A DNA stretch of 58,131 bases, taken from Catajapyx aquilonaris. Its lineage: Eukaryota. The translations under genes and the position numbers were made by a program. The notes under the pieces were generated by a model, which did not search any database, was not told the origin of the DNA, and saw only the letters and a program-made list of their open reading frames with translations. Shown piece after piece: positions 44,755 to 57,162 of the stretch; position 1 is the stretch's first letter, and every line of letters starts with the position of its first letter. Location of the stretch: contig KZ538620.1 in the NCBI GenBank assembly GCA_000934665.2, positions 1 to 58,131 on the forward strand, written 5' to 3'.

Positions 44755-46761
44755 ATGTTGGTCACACATTGGTTAGTTGGGCTCCTGGTTGCCTATTACT
44801 TTGGATTTCTCGGGACTGCGAGTAACGTATCTCTAACATCACGCGAATCACTAGATGTGACACTTGTCCAGCATGTCATTCGAAGCATCTCTGATCGGGA
44901 AGATTTGCGTATGTGTTCGTTGGTTGTGTCTACTGACTCTAGGAGTTTGCTTGCTTACCCTGGACAGACACTATTGGCTCGTCAATCACAGAAGTATCTC
45001 CCTGCGCAATGTGTTTTCATGGAAAAATTTGCATTAGACTATCGCGACTATGGCTATCTGAGAAACGACGATGATCTGTTGGACTTCCGCTCGTTTCCTC
45101 CTCAGCTGATGTCCCAGGCATGGTCCGGAATGGCGTGTACTATGCACCTCCTGATGCCCAGCACCCCAAACACCTTCGCACAACTGATGATGCATACAGC
45201 TACCCAAGTCAAAATTGCTCTCGATCACGACCGATTCTTCGTCCACTTTCGAACCGGAAGCAACGAAGAAGTGCACCAAATCATGACATCGCCCCCTGGA
45301 AGTGCACTTTGGCTGAAGATTTTCTCCAGGATGGAATTGGAGCAGACTCTTCATGTGGAGACGGCCTGCTTCTTCTGCGGAAACCAAGGAACAACCAAGA
45401 TCCTTCCGTTGGGATTGGTTGACAACCGCCTGGAACCTCTGAAGGTCGACGGTTTCTTTCGGGTCAATGAGAAGTACCGGATGAACAGCAAGACGGTCCG
45501 GGCCGGAGCGTACTACCTGCAACTGGACACGGCAGACCTCAAGAGACGCAAGAAGAAGTACGGAGAGAGATATCTGACAGACTCAGAGCGAGCTCTCCTG
45601 TTGTGCGAGCTGGCCCTGAATGTCACCATGGATCACTTCACGAAGGAAATCGAGGGCCTGTCAGAAACACAAAATGCCAACGGATCATGGGAAGGTCTGA
45701 CAGGTGACATCATATACGACAGAGCGGACGTGGCTGTCCCCACGTTTTTCCTGGAGGACTCGATCAAGTACGTGTACATGCCTCATCCGTTTGTCTACAC
45801 CTTCGCCACTTTTGTGACACGGATTCCCTTAGGGGTTGTCACTTGGAAAGTGCTGTACAGGCCGTACGAGATGCCATTTTGGATCTCCTTCTTCATCAGC
45901 GTGGTGGTCGTGGCCGTCTCAATTTGGGGCCTGTCACTCAGAGGTCGCAGGATCAGCAAATGGGAAGCACTTGATAGAGTATTGCGAGCCATGATTGATC
46001 AACCAGTTCCGTTTCCGAAAGAGGGTTATTTCCTGGTGCTGGCCTCGTTTTTCCTCTTCTTCACCATGGTAGTTGTCACTGGATACAAGGCCAAACTGGT
46101 CGCGTTCCTGACGTATCCACCTAGAGAATATGTCCCGGAGGATTTCCGGCAGCTGTATTATTCCGGTTGGAAAATTGAGTTGGATCAAGTCAATTATGTC
46201 CTGTTCGACCGAATCGGTAGCTATACCAATGACTGGGAAACCGTAATGTTCCTGAAGAAAATGGAAATGGGCGATAGCGTCCATAGCTGCCTGGAGAGAA
46301 CAGCTTCAGAACAGGTCGCATGCGCTGGAATAAATTTTCTTCTGGAGCGAGAGCTGTACCCATTTCGAGACACGTCTGGAATGCCGACAGTCCAGTTCAC
46401 CAGCGAGACTAGATACCCGTCATACGTCGGTGCGTCAATGTCTCGAGGGAACCCGGGAATCTACTACTACGAGAGGAATCTGATTCGACTTGTGCTGGAG
46501 ACCAACATCGTGGACACGTACGTGGAACAGTACATGTACCTGATGTTTCTGCGAGTCCTGAGCGACATTCGGGCTAGAGAAGAAGCGAATTATCAGGGGC
46601 CTGACGAGCTGATGACCATGACGAAGCTGTCGGCTGTGTTCAACATGCTCTTCTTCGGCCTGTCACTTTCGACGGTCGTGTTGATCATCGAATACGTACG
46701 TGCAGGTGCGAAGAAATTTAGGGTGAAGGGAAAAGTGTCTCAGCATCCGTTTTTGAAGTAG
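44755..46761 (+). CDS. Divergent ionotropic receptor, intronless, 668 aa (IR-D)
   Basis: Signal peptide; S1 NGSWEGLTGDIIYDRADVAV; TM1 RPYEMPFWISFFISVVVVAV; FFTMVVVTGYKAKLVAFLTYP; last TM KLSAVFNMLFFGLSLSTVVLIIE. Confidence 0.92.
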   Translation: MLVTHWLVGLLVAYYFGFLGTASNVSLTSRESLDVTLVQHVIRSISDREDLRMCSLVVSTDSRSLLAYPGQTLLARQSQKYLPAQCVFMEKFALDYRDYGYLRNDDDLLDFRSFPPQLMSQAWSGMACTMHLLMPSTPNTFAQLMMHTATQVKIALDHDRFFVHFRTGSNEEVHQIMTSPPGSALWLKIFSRMELEQTLHVETACFFCGNQGTTKILPLGLVDNRLEPLKVDGFFRVNEKYRMNSKTVRAGAYYLQLDTADLKRRKKKYGERYLTDSERALLLCELALNVTMDHFTKEIEGLSETQNANGSWEGLTGDIIYDRADVAVPTFFLEDSIKYVYMPHPFVYTFATFVTRIPLGVVTWKVLYRPYEMPFWISFFISVVVVAVSIWGLSLRGRRISKWEALDRVLRAMIDQPVPFPKEGYFLVLASFFLFFTMVVVTGYKAKLVAFLTYPPREYVPEDFRQLYYSGWKIELDQVNYVLFDRIGSYTNDWETVMFLKKMEMGDSVHSCLERTASEQVACAGINFLLERELYPFRDTSGMPTVQFTSETRYPSYVGASMSRGNPGIYYYERNLIRLVLETNIVDTYVEQYMYLMFLRVLSDIRAREEANYQGPDELMTMTKLSAVFNMLFFGLSLSTVVLIIEYVRAGAKKFRVKGKVSQHPFLK

Positions 46762-48189
46762 TGAGGTGAGATTCTGGGCACAACAATATCATTTTGTGTA
46801 ATTTGCAAAATCACAATTGATTTATTAATTATCTGCTTAATATTATTTTTTGGAGACCAAAAATGACAATTGCATGCATGGCATGGGAGAGAGGTAACCC
46901 CAGAAGCATCACGTCTTACAATTTTAATTGATTCACCAAATGCACAGTTACACTGGTGACATTTTGATTGGGTTTGTCGTACATTACACGTGTCATTTTC
47001 GACAAAGTGTGCTGATTGGTGTACGCTGACTCACCTCTGCCGGACACTTGCGCAGATGGTGCGAACCCATGTGGGCGAAGTGACTTACTTGTGAATGTCT
47101 CACTTTTGTTAAATGTCAATTGTAATTGGACTTGGTTCTAAATACCTAATGAAGGTCGCCCTTAAAATGTCAAGGGCAGTCCGGCCTTACTGTTTAACAA
47201 TGTAGGACTCCGACACTGACCACTCTAGATAATAATCCCCCTATGAATGGTGGGGCCTGACACGGCCAAATTGCAGGTAATGCTGATTCAATACATGCAA
47301 TTTTTTATTTATTTCACTTATTCAGTAGGCTAGTTTCTCGGTATGAATGGGAGGTGTGAACTATCCAATATAATATCTGTTTGACTACGTTGCATGGTAA
47401 AGCGGTAACTTATATTGCATTTTATGCACATACATCAGCTTACATGTATTTTGTGTTTTATTCGAAGATCCATTAGTCATTAGTGTGTTCTATGTAATGT
47501 ACTGTTTGCTTGCAGTGTGGTGCACACTATTATGTATGCACAATAAAATTTGCCATTAGCTCATAATTTTCAAGAGTCTCATAAGCTATAGATAACACCA
47601 TACCGATATAAGTATAGCCTACCTCAGTATTTCAGTAGAATCAGAGAATCCATTAATGGGGTTTTTAGTGTGTTACTCACTGCTGAAAGTGAAGATCAGA
47701 ATTTTTAGAGAAACAAATAAAAATTATGACGATCTTACATCAATATGGAGGTGAGATAACCGCTTATGAAATACAGTACAATGACCACATTTTCTTGCAT
47801 GTCTAGCTTTCTTCTTCTGTGTGAAACTGTGTGATGTGTTTCTAAAAACTTGAGGGAAAATTTATGTAAAAGTAAAAAATTCGTGTATTTCTTGCAAATC
47901 GTAGGTACAATAAAATAATATACTTCAATCATTTTTTGCACAAATCATTAATTTGTTACTTCACCTAGTCATTAACAATATATTTCACACCCAACACTTC
48001 TCCCATTCTGAAAGATGTGTCGGTGGAAAACATCCCCTCTCACCATTTCAGATGAGGGCTCTGGATGAAAATGGAGCATGCTTTTTTGAAGAGGTCAGAT
48101 TGAAGATAATGGCAGAATCGGGAAGAATATTATTTTTATGTCGATAAGTCAGGAAACGGACATCAAGGATCAGAAAAAGAGGCCTCTTG

Positions 48190-49345
48190 GTTGCATAATA
48201 GCTCTCTGATTTTATCAATTATTGCATCGAAATGACATGCAAAAAACAAATTCAGATAATTATATGCCCGGTTCATTAATATATTCTCGACTCCAATTAC
48301 ATCAATAGGCTACATTGTCTCTCAAAACAAATTATTGTTCGTTGCATTTACCCAAATTAAAGCGTGTCACACTGTGCAAGAATGAGTGCTCATAAAAAAA
48401 TAATATCGATCTAACCCAATAATTTTAACAATACCCAACTCGAAAATTTTATCACTTATGACATGTCAATACTATAATAAATTTATACGTAAGTATACGC
48501 TTACACTTAAAAAAAAAAAAACCCAACACTGCCGTGTTAATTAGAAAGTTTGCAGATGGAAAAATGGCGAACCCCTAAAACGATTTACAGCCTAACAATG
48601 CCATTTTCTTACAAGTTTAGCTAATTAATTATTTAGGTCATTATTTCTGGTGCTACCGGTCATCGCAATGCAGTCTCACTGAGGGGGGAGCACGTCTACC
48701 TTTCCGAATATCCTTCCAGATGTCAGGACCCCCTCATTCAATCCAGCCATCCGAACGCAACCCTGGTTCGATTTCTCTCCAACAGTCAAACGAGACTTCT
48801 TGTCCGGATCACTGCGTTTCCTTGTCCCAGGAAAGAAGGAAGAAAGGAAGGACCTGTCTGAATATTGGGGGAAGGAAAGGTACAAAAAAATGGGTGGGAC
48901 CAGGTAATATACCAGAATAAGTGATGGGGGAGTGAGTGATGCGCACATACTTGTTACTAGTTCAGGTGAAGGTCTGGATTGGCTCACGGGAGATTAGTGA
49001 AGAGACTTTCATTTCGGAAGTGCAATGAAGCAGTGTGTCTTGATCTTGATTAGTGTCGCAAAGACAATTATTTATGGCGGAAGTTGCCTTTAAAACGGGC
49101 CCAGCTTAGTTAAATAGCCGTCACAGTCTTGCGCTTGACAATAACCGCATGATTAGAGCCGAACGTAAGGTCGGCTAAAAATAAGGCATAAGAAAGGCAA
49201 AAGTGGCCAAATTCATAATGCTAAACCACTTCCCAATACCTGCAGGTATTGTGACGTGATCATAAGATACAATATTCAAATACTGAAAATCGATTTGTCG
49301 ACCTCTCCTCGATTTGATGTGTCCGTGTCCCAGACGGCGGGAATT
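48190..49345 (+). repeat. Non-coding part of a tandem duplication (copy 1; copy 2 at ~52740-54040) upstream of the zinc-finger genes
   Basis: Shared strings such as acagtcaaacgagactt..tgtccggatc, aggtcggctaaaaataagg, gatacaatattcaaatact and ggcgggaattgaaatgtggcag occur in both copies in the same order. Confidence 0.85.
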
Positions 49346-49857
49346 GAAATGTGGCAGCTCTAGCCGGGGTCCAAGGATGACAAAGATTCGGGCCCCCTTC
49401 GCTCGAATACAGACAGTGACAGTTTCAAATTTTCGTTCGAAATTGCTGTTCGAAAGAAAAAGGCATTGGGATTATATCGGGAAACATAATCAGTAGAGTA
49501 CGGATTTTTAGCCACGAAAAAAAAACCCTCAAATAAGCACTTTAATAGGCACATTTTTAACTGGAGGATAATACGTATGTTACAGAAAATAACAAAGCTA
49601 GAACAATTTTATAGACATAAAGTATAAAATAATGTAAGGTCACAAACCAGAACAAAACCTGAACAACAACGATAAAATGACAGGAAATTACGAAACTAAG
49701 GTGAAAGACACAAAGTGAAAGCAAGTATCACTTGCGCTGGACTCTACCACTTGTAGCCAGTTTCCACTTGCTCAGAAACACTCGCTTTCTGTGGCTTTGT
49801 CCGCGTCCATTTGTGTCAAGTTACGTAACCCATACATTTTATAATTATTGTACGTAG

Positions 49858-51988
49858 TTGCCTGTGAACATGGAAATGGAGCAGCCGAGAGATGAAAGCA
49901 GAGCAGGAAGTACTGGACAGTCCTTAACAACTGAGGTCCAAGAAGCAGTTGATGCAGAAGAGAAGGCTCGAGTCAAAAAATTCCTGAGAAGTTACAGGAA
50001 AACAAATTCAAAGCTGGACCCCACTACAGGTGACCCTCCAGCAAATGAAAAGGTTCGTGACTATTTTGTAACTGGCTCACGGAACATTGTCATTCACGAG
50101 CCCAGTAGTAGCCTACTGAAAATAATAATTATGTGTCATTATACAGCATTGTTGGGTTTTGATGGGGAATATTTTTATGTTTTTAAAGAAATATCCCAGT
50201 ATTTAACAATGGATGTGTATGTTTTGGACGTGTGGAAATCGTTTTTAGATTTGAGATGTTTTGAACCATGAAGTGACCTTACCCACGCCACTATTATAAT
50301 CTTCATCTGCCAAAATCATATTTTGCCATTAGCATTAACTTTTTGATGCTGAATGTAAAGTAGCAATTAATTTATTTTGTCTCCTTGTGTACACCTCACA
50401 CACAATATCAACAGAAGGCCATGTCTTCGCTTGTCTTGTACCATGGTAGGAATGAAGCTGAAGGGATATTAATATTCTTTAGCTGTGCATTGGCAAACTC
50501 TGTACATTACTGCCCATTTTACCTTGAATACGACGTACCCTCAGGAACCATGGTCACTCACTGGCAGTACATGTCTCTGTCTTGAAAATATCCTCCTGTG
50601 ATCACATGCCCTGGGAATGCCATTCTTGATGAATGAAGCCCCCCTTTCACCTGCGAACAATAGCAGAAAACTAACATGCACTGACGGTCATGAATCTTTG
50701 GAAATATTCCAAAATACATTATATGCTTGTGAGTGAAATAATTGGTAAAAATGACGAGATGAACTTACTCAAATGATCATCATGGATTAAATTCAATGTT
50801 TTCTTTATTAGCAAAAGGATCTCGACATGTCTCTGCACAGGCTTCACATGTGTGATCATTGCGAGAAACTATTTCTGGAAAAACAAGAAATTGAGGAACA
50901 TATCTTGAAGGAACATTCCTCCTATCAATTCAAGGTAAAATTCTCTTACGCAAAATCATATCAGAGGAGCTCATTTTAACGCATTGTAATTAAATTTATT
51001 TGTCATCAGCACAAAAGTTTTTTTTGGAACACACAAAGTCATGTAGTTCCCAGACGTTGCAGTTCCATGATATATTTTGCTGTTCATTTTACAGGAACGA
51101 CAAAGGGCAACTCATGATGGTAGTGAGAAGAATAACGTTTGTGCTCAAAATAGAAGGGAGCCAGGAGAAGAAATAGAGGCATATAAAGGGCATATGAACA
51201 CCCACAGTTATGCGAAACTACTTAAATGCAGCCTTTGCAAGAAAACATTAAAAACCCAAAAGAGTTTGAGAGCTCACGAGAGAAGGCACTCGCGTCTGAA
51301 ACAGTTTGTTTGCAATATTTGCCAGAAAAGGTTTGGTGAAAAAAGCAAATTGTTAGTCCATATGAGAACACACACTGGCGAGAAGCCATATGTCTGCAAA
51401 TTTTGCCCCAAAAGGTATTCTCAGGGAGGTGCCATGAAAGCCCATATGAGAACACACACTGGGGAGAAACCACACATGTGCACACATTGCACCAAAAGGT
51501 TTAATTATGAAAATGATTTGAAAATTCATATAAGAACACACACTGGAGAAAGACCATACAGATGCCAATTTTGCCCGAAAACGTTCTCAACGGCAAGTCA
51601 TATGAAAACGCATATGCGGAGAATACACACTGGAGAAAAACCATACAGATGCCAATTTTGCCCGAAAAGGTTTTCTACGGGCAGTCAACTGAAAACTCAT
51701 ATGCGGAGAACACACACTGGAGAGAAGCCATACAGCTGCATTTTTTGTCCCAACAGGTTTTGTGATGGAAGTTCACTTATAGCGCATATTAGAACACACA
51801 CTGGAGAAAAACCATACAGTTGCAAATTTTGTCCCAAAATGTTTTGCGAGGGAGGTAACCTGAAAAAGCATATGAGGGTGCACACGCGTGAGAATCCATG
51901 TAATGACCAGTCTTCCACAGACAGTTCAGAATTATGGAACAGTATTAGGGATTATATGGATTTTATAAATGATATGGATGCAATATGA
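49858..51988 (+). CDS. C2H2 zinc-finger protein ZF-1 (1 + 8 fingers); exons 49858-50052, 50812-50934, 51095-51988; true start uncertain (first in-frame ATG 49870)
   Basis: Phase-0 GT-AG exons; isolated finger CDHCEKLF..HILKEH in the middle exon; eight tandem fingers, mostly with HTGEKPY-type linkers, in the last exon. Confidence 0.85.
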
Positions 51989-52739
51989 ATCCTCACATGC
52001 GAACGTATGACACTGGAGAAAACATCCACTGTTTCTAAATTTACCGTTAAACTGTTAACATGGCGTAATAAATAGATAAATAAATATGAAAGCTGTGAGC
52101 AGTGTTGCAAAATGTGGGTGTATGGATTGATAATAGGTCTTGGTGCTCTAGAATGGGAATATCTGACTACATGTTGATACTGTCGTGACCATTTCAAAAA
52201 TATCGAAAATAAAGTAGTAAATCTGTGTCTCACCTTGGTTCCGGATAATAAGATTTTTTTGGTGAAAAGGGGGCAAAATAGCTACAATTGAGTAGATCGG
52301 TATGAAAATGTACTAATCCTCTTACACCTAACTTAACAGGACAGGAAATACGCAGTTCGTGCTAAAAGGATGGTTTTTGGTTATTTCCTAACTACGCCTA
52401 TTTAATCAAGTCAATGTCCTATGAAAATGCCTGAGAGGGGATTTTGTCCTGGGTCTCTCACCTGCACTGCTCTTTTTACAGGTTGGTTGTGCACCTTGTG
52501 AGTAGTAAGGACTATTTTGGTTGCAATTCAGGCCTTCCATTAGGCACATGCAGTAAGGAACGTTTGCGGCTCCATTTGGAGCAATATTTTTGTTATCATT
52601 TATTCAATCTGCCCTTTAAAATAAAGTCACACAGCCGCGCATGTAATCCATAAAATTCCTCCTCACTCTCTCCACTAATGTTATCTAGCCTAGTTGCGTT
52701 GGTGGTAGGCAAAAGTATACATTTGGATTATTTTTTTTT

Positions 52740-54040
52740 TGCCGGAATAGCCCCACGACTCTATCAATTGCATGGAAATGGCAGATGCAACCAAAATAAT
52801 ATATTTTGAAAAATTATTATTTTAGAAACGCATTTTGTTCACTGGACCTAACACCCAATAAAATGAATTGTTTCTCAGTACATATTGTTCATAGTGCTAT
52901 GTTTGTTTTGAAGAATCCCTGTCTGTGCAACAATAAGTGCTCAAAAAATCTCAAATGATAGACCTAAATTAGGTCTATAAATAGTCTAAAAATATAGGTC
53001 TATAAATAGTCTATAAATAGTCTAAATAGTATTTTAACAGGATGCCACAGTAAAAATTTCGCATCATGGCATCAATATAATTAGGCTAAAAAAATAAATG
53101 TTATAACTTTCCAACACCTTTCTGCATTCATTTAAAAATTTGCAGATGGTAAATTAGTATTAGATAATCAAATTAAATTACAGGTCAAAAGTCAACCCGT
53201 GACAATTTTATTTTGAAGACACTTGCAGGATAAAATTTTTTAACAACCTCTGTGGATGGCTGACCAACATCGCACATCTTGTTAGACAAAATTATATAAT
53301 TTATAACTCATGATTCCTTCATTCATTCATTTATTTCGGCGACTTCCGGGGCTTATAGCAGGCTATACGTTTCCATATGTCAGTCCCATTTTTCAATTCA
53401 GCCACATGAACGCAACCATGGCTCGATATTTCTCCGACAGTCAAACGAGACTTCCTGTCCGGATCGGTTCTTTGTCTCGTCCGAGGAAGGAAGGAAGGAA
53501 GGAAGGAAGGAAGAGTAGGAACACCAGACTGGAGGAGACTCTTGGTGGAAGGAAATGTACAAAAAGGGAAGCCAGGTAGTACAGGTAATACCAGAAGTAC
53601 GGTACGTGATGGGGGAGTGAGTGATGTGCATAATCTTGTGAGGAGTTCAGGTGAAGGCATTGTTTGGCTCACAGGGGATTAGTGAAGATCCTTCCGTGGC
53701 GTGTGTTGCAATAACAATATTATTCAGCTGAGGGGAAATACCAAGTGGAAGGCGCTATTTAAACGGGCCATGATTAGCCAAGTGGCCATCATCAGTCCTG
53801 GGCATGGCAACCATGTTTTTAGGACCGAATGCAAAAGGTCGGCTAAAAATAAGGGACAAGAAAGAGAAAAGTGGCCCAATTCATATAAGGCTAGGCCACG
53901 TCACAGTACCTAAAGGTATTGTGAAATATGGCTTTATCATACGATACAATATTCAAATACTGTACTGAAAATCGATTCGTCGACCTCTCCACGATTTGAT
54001 GTGCCAGTGTTTTAGATGGCGGGAATTGAAATGTGGCAGA
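52740..54040 (+). repeat. Non-coding part of the tandem duplication (copy 2)
   Basis: Colinear with 48190-49345; contains short (ggaa)n and gtctataaata expansions. Confidence 0.85.
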
Positions 54041-54504
54041 TATTTTATGCGGCCCGGTAATTCGATGTATCGGGCAAAACCAACAGTAACAATTGAAATT
54101 AAGTTATTTAAAATACATTAACGCGTACATTTACCTTAGTATCGATCCCGGCTTATGGGGAGCCCGCATGTTCTCCCTGCATCCAAAATCAGTATGTACA
54201 GTAATATTAATTATATTTGTCATCCAAAATGATGACAGACCTTACACATGAATGTGAAACTGAGAATAATCTATCCCTGCTATCCCTGCATTAACTGGCA
54301 ACTTTGTCTAATCCACAATAATAGGCGTTAGGAAAGTCTGTACACTAGGCTATATATAATTATATTTTTCCACAAATAAAGGGTTCATACAGGTCGGCAG
54401 ACACCTTATCCTGACATTATTGATGGAAACCTCCTGGAGCCGAATGCACTGGCATCACGGGTATGTCAACCACTCCATCCATCCCAGTAACAATATTTCT
54501 GAAG

Positions 54505-54840
54505 CGAAGGTGCTGCGCCCTAACTCCCGGACAACTGCTCACAGTCAAAAACTTAGTGTCAAAACAATGTCCTGAAAATGTCATCGGCGAAGGGCTTGCG
54601 GTGCTTCCACACCTGCCGTACTCCCCATGGCCTGGCCCCGAGTGACTTTCAATTATTCAGATCCATGGAAAAATAAACCATTCGCCTACGCGATTTTGAG
54701 GTCATTGTTGAACAGGAAGCAGTTGTCCGGAAGTTGGTTCGGAGGAACTGCAAAAAGTGGTTCCTGGAAGATATGGACAGGTTGGAACACCTGTGGTGCC
54801 AGTGCCAGTGCATTCGGCTCCAGGAGGGTTCCATAGATAA
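54505..54840 (+). mobile_element. Decayed mariner transposase C-terminal fragment
   Basis: Across one frameshift and a stop it reads LAVLPHLPYSP/GLAPSDFQLFRSMEK*...AVVRKLVRRNCKKWFLEDMDRLEHLWCQC, matching the mariner VLPHPPYSPDLAPSDFHLF motif and downstream spacing. Confidence 0.8.
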
Positions 54841-55007
54841 TGTGTCCCTATCTGCCGACCGGCATGGAGCATGGGTCAGGAAGAGGCCCAGGGGTTTACT
54901 CAATGCTCAGGATGTTACCTAAGTATTAGAATTAGACTATTACGGATTGGTCAGTACCACTGTGCATTTACTTGCCCTACTCTTGTCAGGATACCAGTGA
55001 CCTATAG

Positions 55008-57162
55008 ATGGACATTGGGAACAAGATGGACACGATGACCTTCGAAACCTTCCCCTGCAAGGACTGTGGCATGGTGTTTCGAGAGAGGAGCACACTTATG
55101 GAACACTACATGTGGGACAGGGTCATGAGGGAGCTGCAGGGTGGGGAGGAGGGCCTTACCAGTGGTGGTCAGGTGGAGGTCACAGGTCAATTCCAGGAGG
55201 AACCTGATGAGGAGGAGGATGCGGCGGGGAGTGAAGTACAGGTGAGCAGACCATCACGTGCCAGAAAAAAATAATTGTCACCGTTATAATATTCTGATAT
55301 TAATATTAAATTAATCACGGATGGATGTGGAAGAGTCGAAAGAGAAATAAGATATGCAATATTTGGGGGTATTCAATAAATAATACAATGAAATCTGTAC
55401 ATGGAAGAGCTCAGAGAAACTTCAGTTTTCTCTTTCCTTGTACGCGTCCATTTGTTTCACGTTTTAAAACAAACTCGTACTCTTTATTGCAGTTGCCTGT
55501 GTACACGGAATTGGAGCCTCAAAGAGACGAAAGCAGAGCAGAAGATAATGGGGAGTCCTTAACAATAGTGGTTAACGAAGAAGAACATCCAAATGAGCAG
55601 GCTCGAGTCCAAAAATTTCTGAGGAGTTACCGGAAAACAAACTCAAAGCTGGACACCTTTCCAAGTGACCCTCAAGGAAAAGAAAAGGTTTGTGGCTATG
55701 CTGCAACTTAGTAAAAAAAACCACTGTCATTGGCTGGCCCAGCTGTAGTAGACCTAATGAAGACAATCAGCGCCAATATGTAGCTTTGTTTGGTTTTCAT
55801 CGTGATTTTTTTCTGTTTTTAAAGAAACATCACTATCTACGAGTATATTCATAATATTTAAATCAATGCGGACTACGGTTATGAGCTCTGGTTGGTCCGC
55901 CCCCATATTGTTGTTGCCGCCACCTTCCAATTGGCCGGCGTTCATTGTTACTGCGACGTATTGTTACCATGACGCCTCCAATTGGCCTCCATTCCGAGCA
56001 TGCGCAATGGGTGGAAGAACGAATTATTAGTTTGGGTTATTTAAAGGTCAAAAGGTATGGATATGTTGAGGTAGGCAAATGCATATTTCTCCCCAATGCA
56101 CAGAGGTGGGATTGCAGATGGGTCGCATGGTACAGATTCACGAACGGGTGGGGGTGGTGGTATGCATATGACTGGGGGATGGACATCGCAATCACTGGCT
56201 ATAAGTCCGAAGTGATTAACAATATAGGGTTCACCGAAGACCGCAGGCCTAGAAAAACCCGAGCGGAGCTAGTGGTTTCTACGCCTGCGTCCTAGAAAAA
56301 TGCGAGCGTAGCTACAGAGTTTTTCGAGTGCAATGATTTATTATGCTGTTCACTTTGCAGGGACGACAAAGGACAGATTATGATGAAAATATAGAACTCG
56401 CCTGTGCAAAGTGGAAGGAAGACAGAAGCAGAAAAGGAGGCATATGCATGCAAAGTATGCCAGAAAAATTTCACTACAGCATGTAATTCGACATCACACA
56501 TGGAAGTGCACACAAGTGATGCGCCATTTGGTTGCAGTGTGTGCAAAAAGGGATTTGGCAGAGCCAGTAATTTAACTATTCACATGTGTATGCATGCTGG
56601 GGTTAAACCATTCAGTTGTCTAACATGTCAGAAATCACACACTGGGGAGAAGTAATGTAGCTGTACTGTTGCTCAGAAAGGCAATTACGAGTATTTGAAA
56701 CGTAATATGCACACCAATAGCAGTGATGAAAAGGCATTTAAATGTCACATTTGCCAGAAGAAGTTTAAAACCCAGAAAGCTTTGAGAGATCACGTGAGAA
56801 GGCATTTGGGACTGAAGCCGTCTTTGGTTTGCGATATTTGCCAGAAAAGGTTTGGTGAAAAATGGACTTTGGTAGTCCATATGAGAACACACACTGGGGA
56901 GAAACCACATATCTGCAAATTTTGTGCCAAAAAGTTTCGTCATGGAAATCAATTGAAAAATCATACGAGAACTCACACTGGCGAGAAGCCGTATGGCTGC
57001 CAATTTTGCCCCCAAAAGTTTATTGATGCAGGTTATTTGAAAATTCATATCAGAACACACACTGGGGAGAAGCCTTACAGCTGTAATTTTTGTTCCGAAA
57101 AGTTTAATCAAGCAAGTATCTTGAAAAGGCACATGAATGTGCACAGACAAGGAGCCAAGTAG
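55008..57162 (+). pseudogene. C2H2 zinc-finger gene ZF-2, paralogue of ZF-1, disrupted; exons 55008-55241, 55493-55687, 56361-57162
   Basis: Exon 55493-55687 matches ZF-1 exon 49858-50052 (both 195 nt; ARVxKFLRSYRKTNSKLD). In the last exon the spliced frame stops at TAA 56484-56486 because of a frameshift near 56405; a truncated finger and a stop follow at ~56635-56655; five intact fingers remain at 56695-57162. Confidence 0.75.

Noticed and set aside
51330..51890. Regularly spaced cacacactggagaaaa repeats resembling a CRISPR-like array
   Set aside because: They are the HTGEK linkers of tandem C2H2 fingers within a eukaryotic ORF.
55945..56295. 116-aa Trp-rich ORF
   Set aside because: Non-ATG start, no recognisable motif, lies in a probable intronic insertion.
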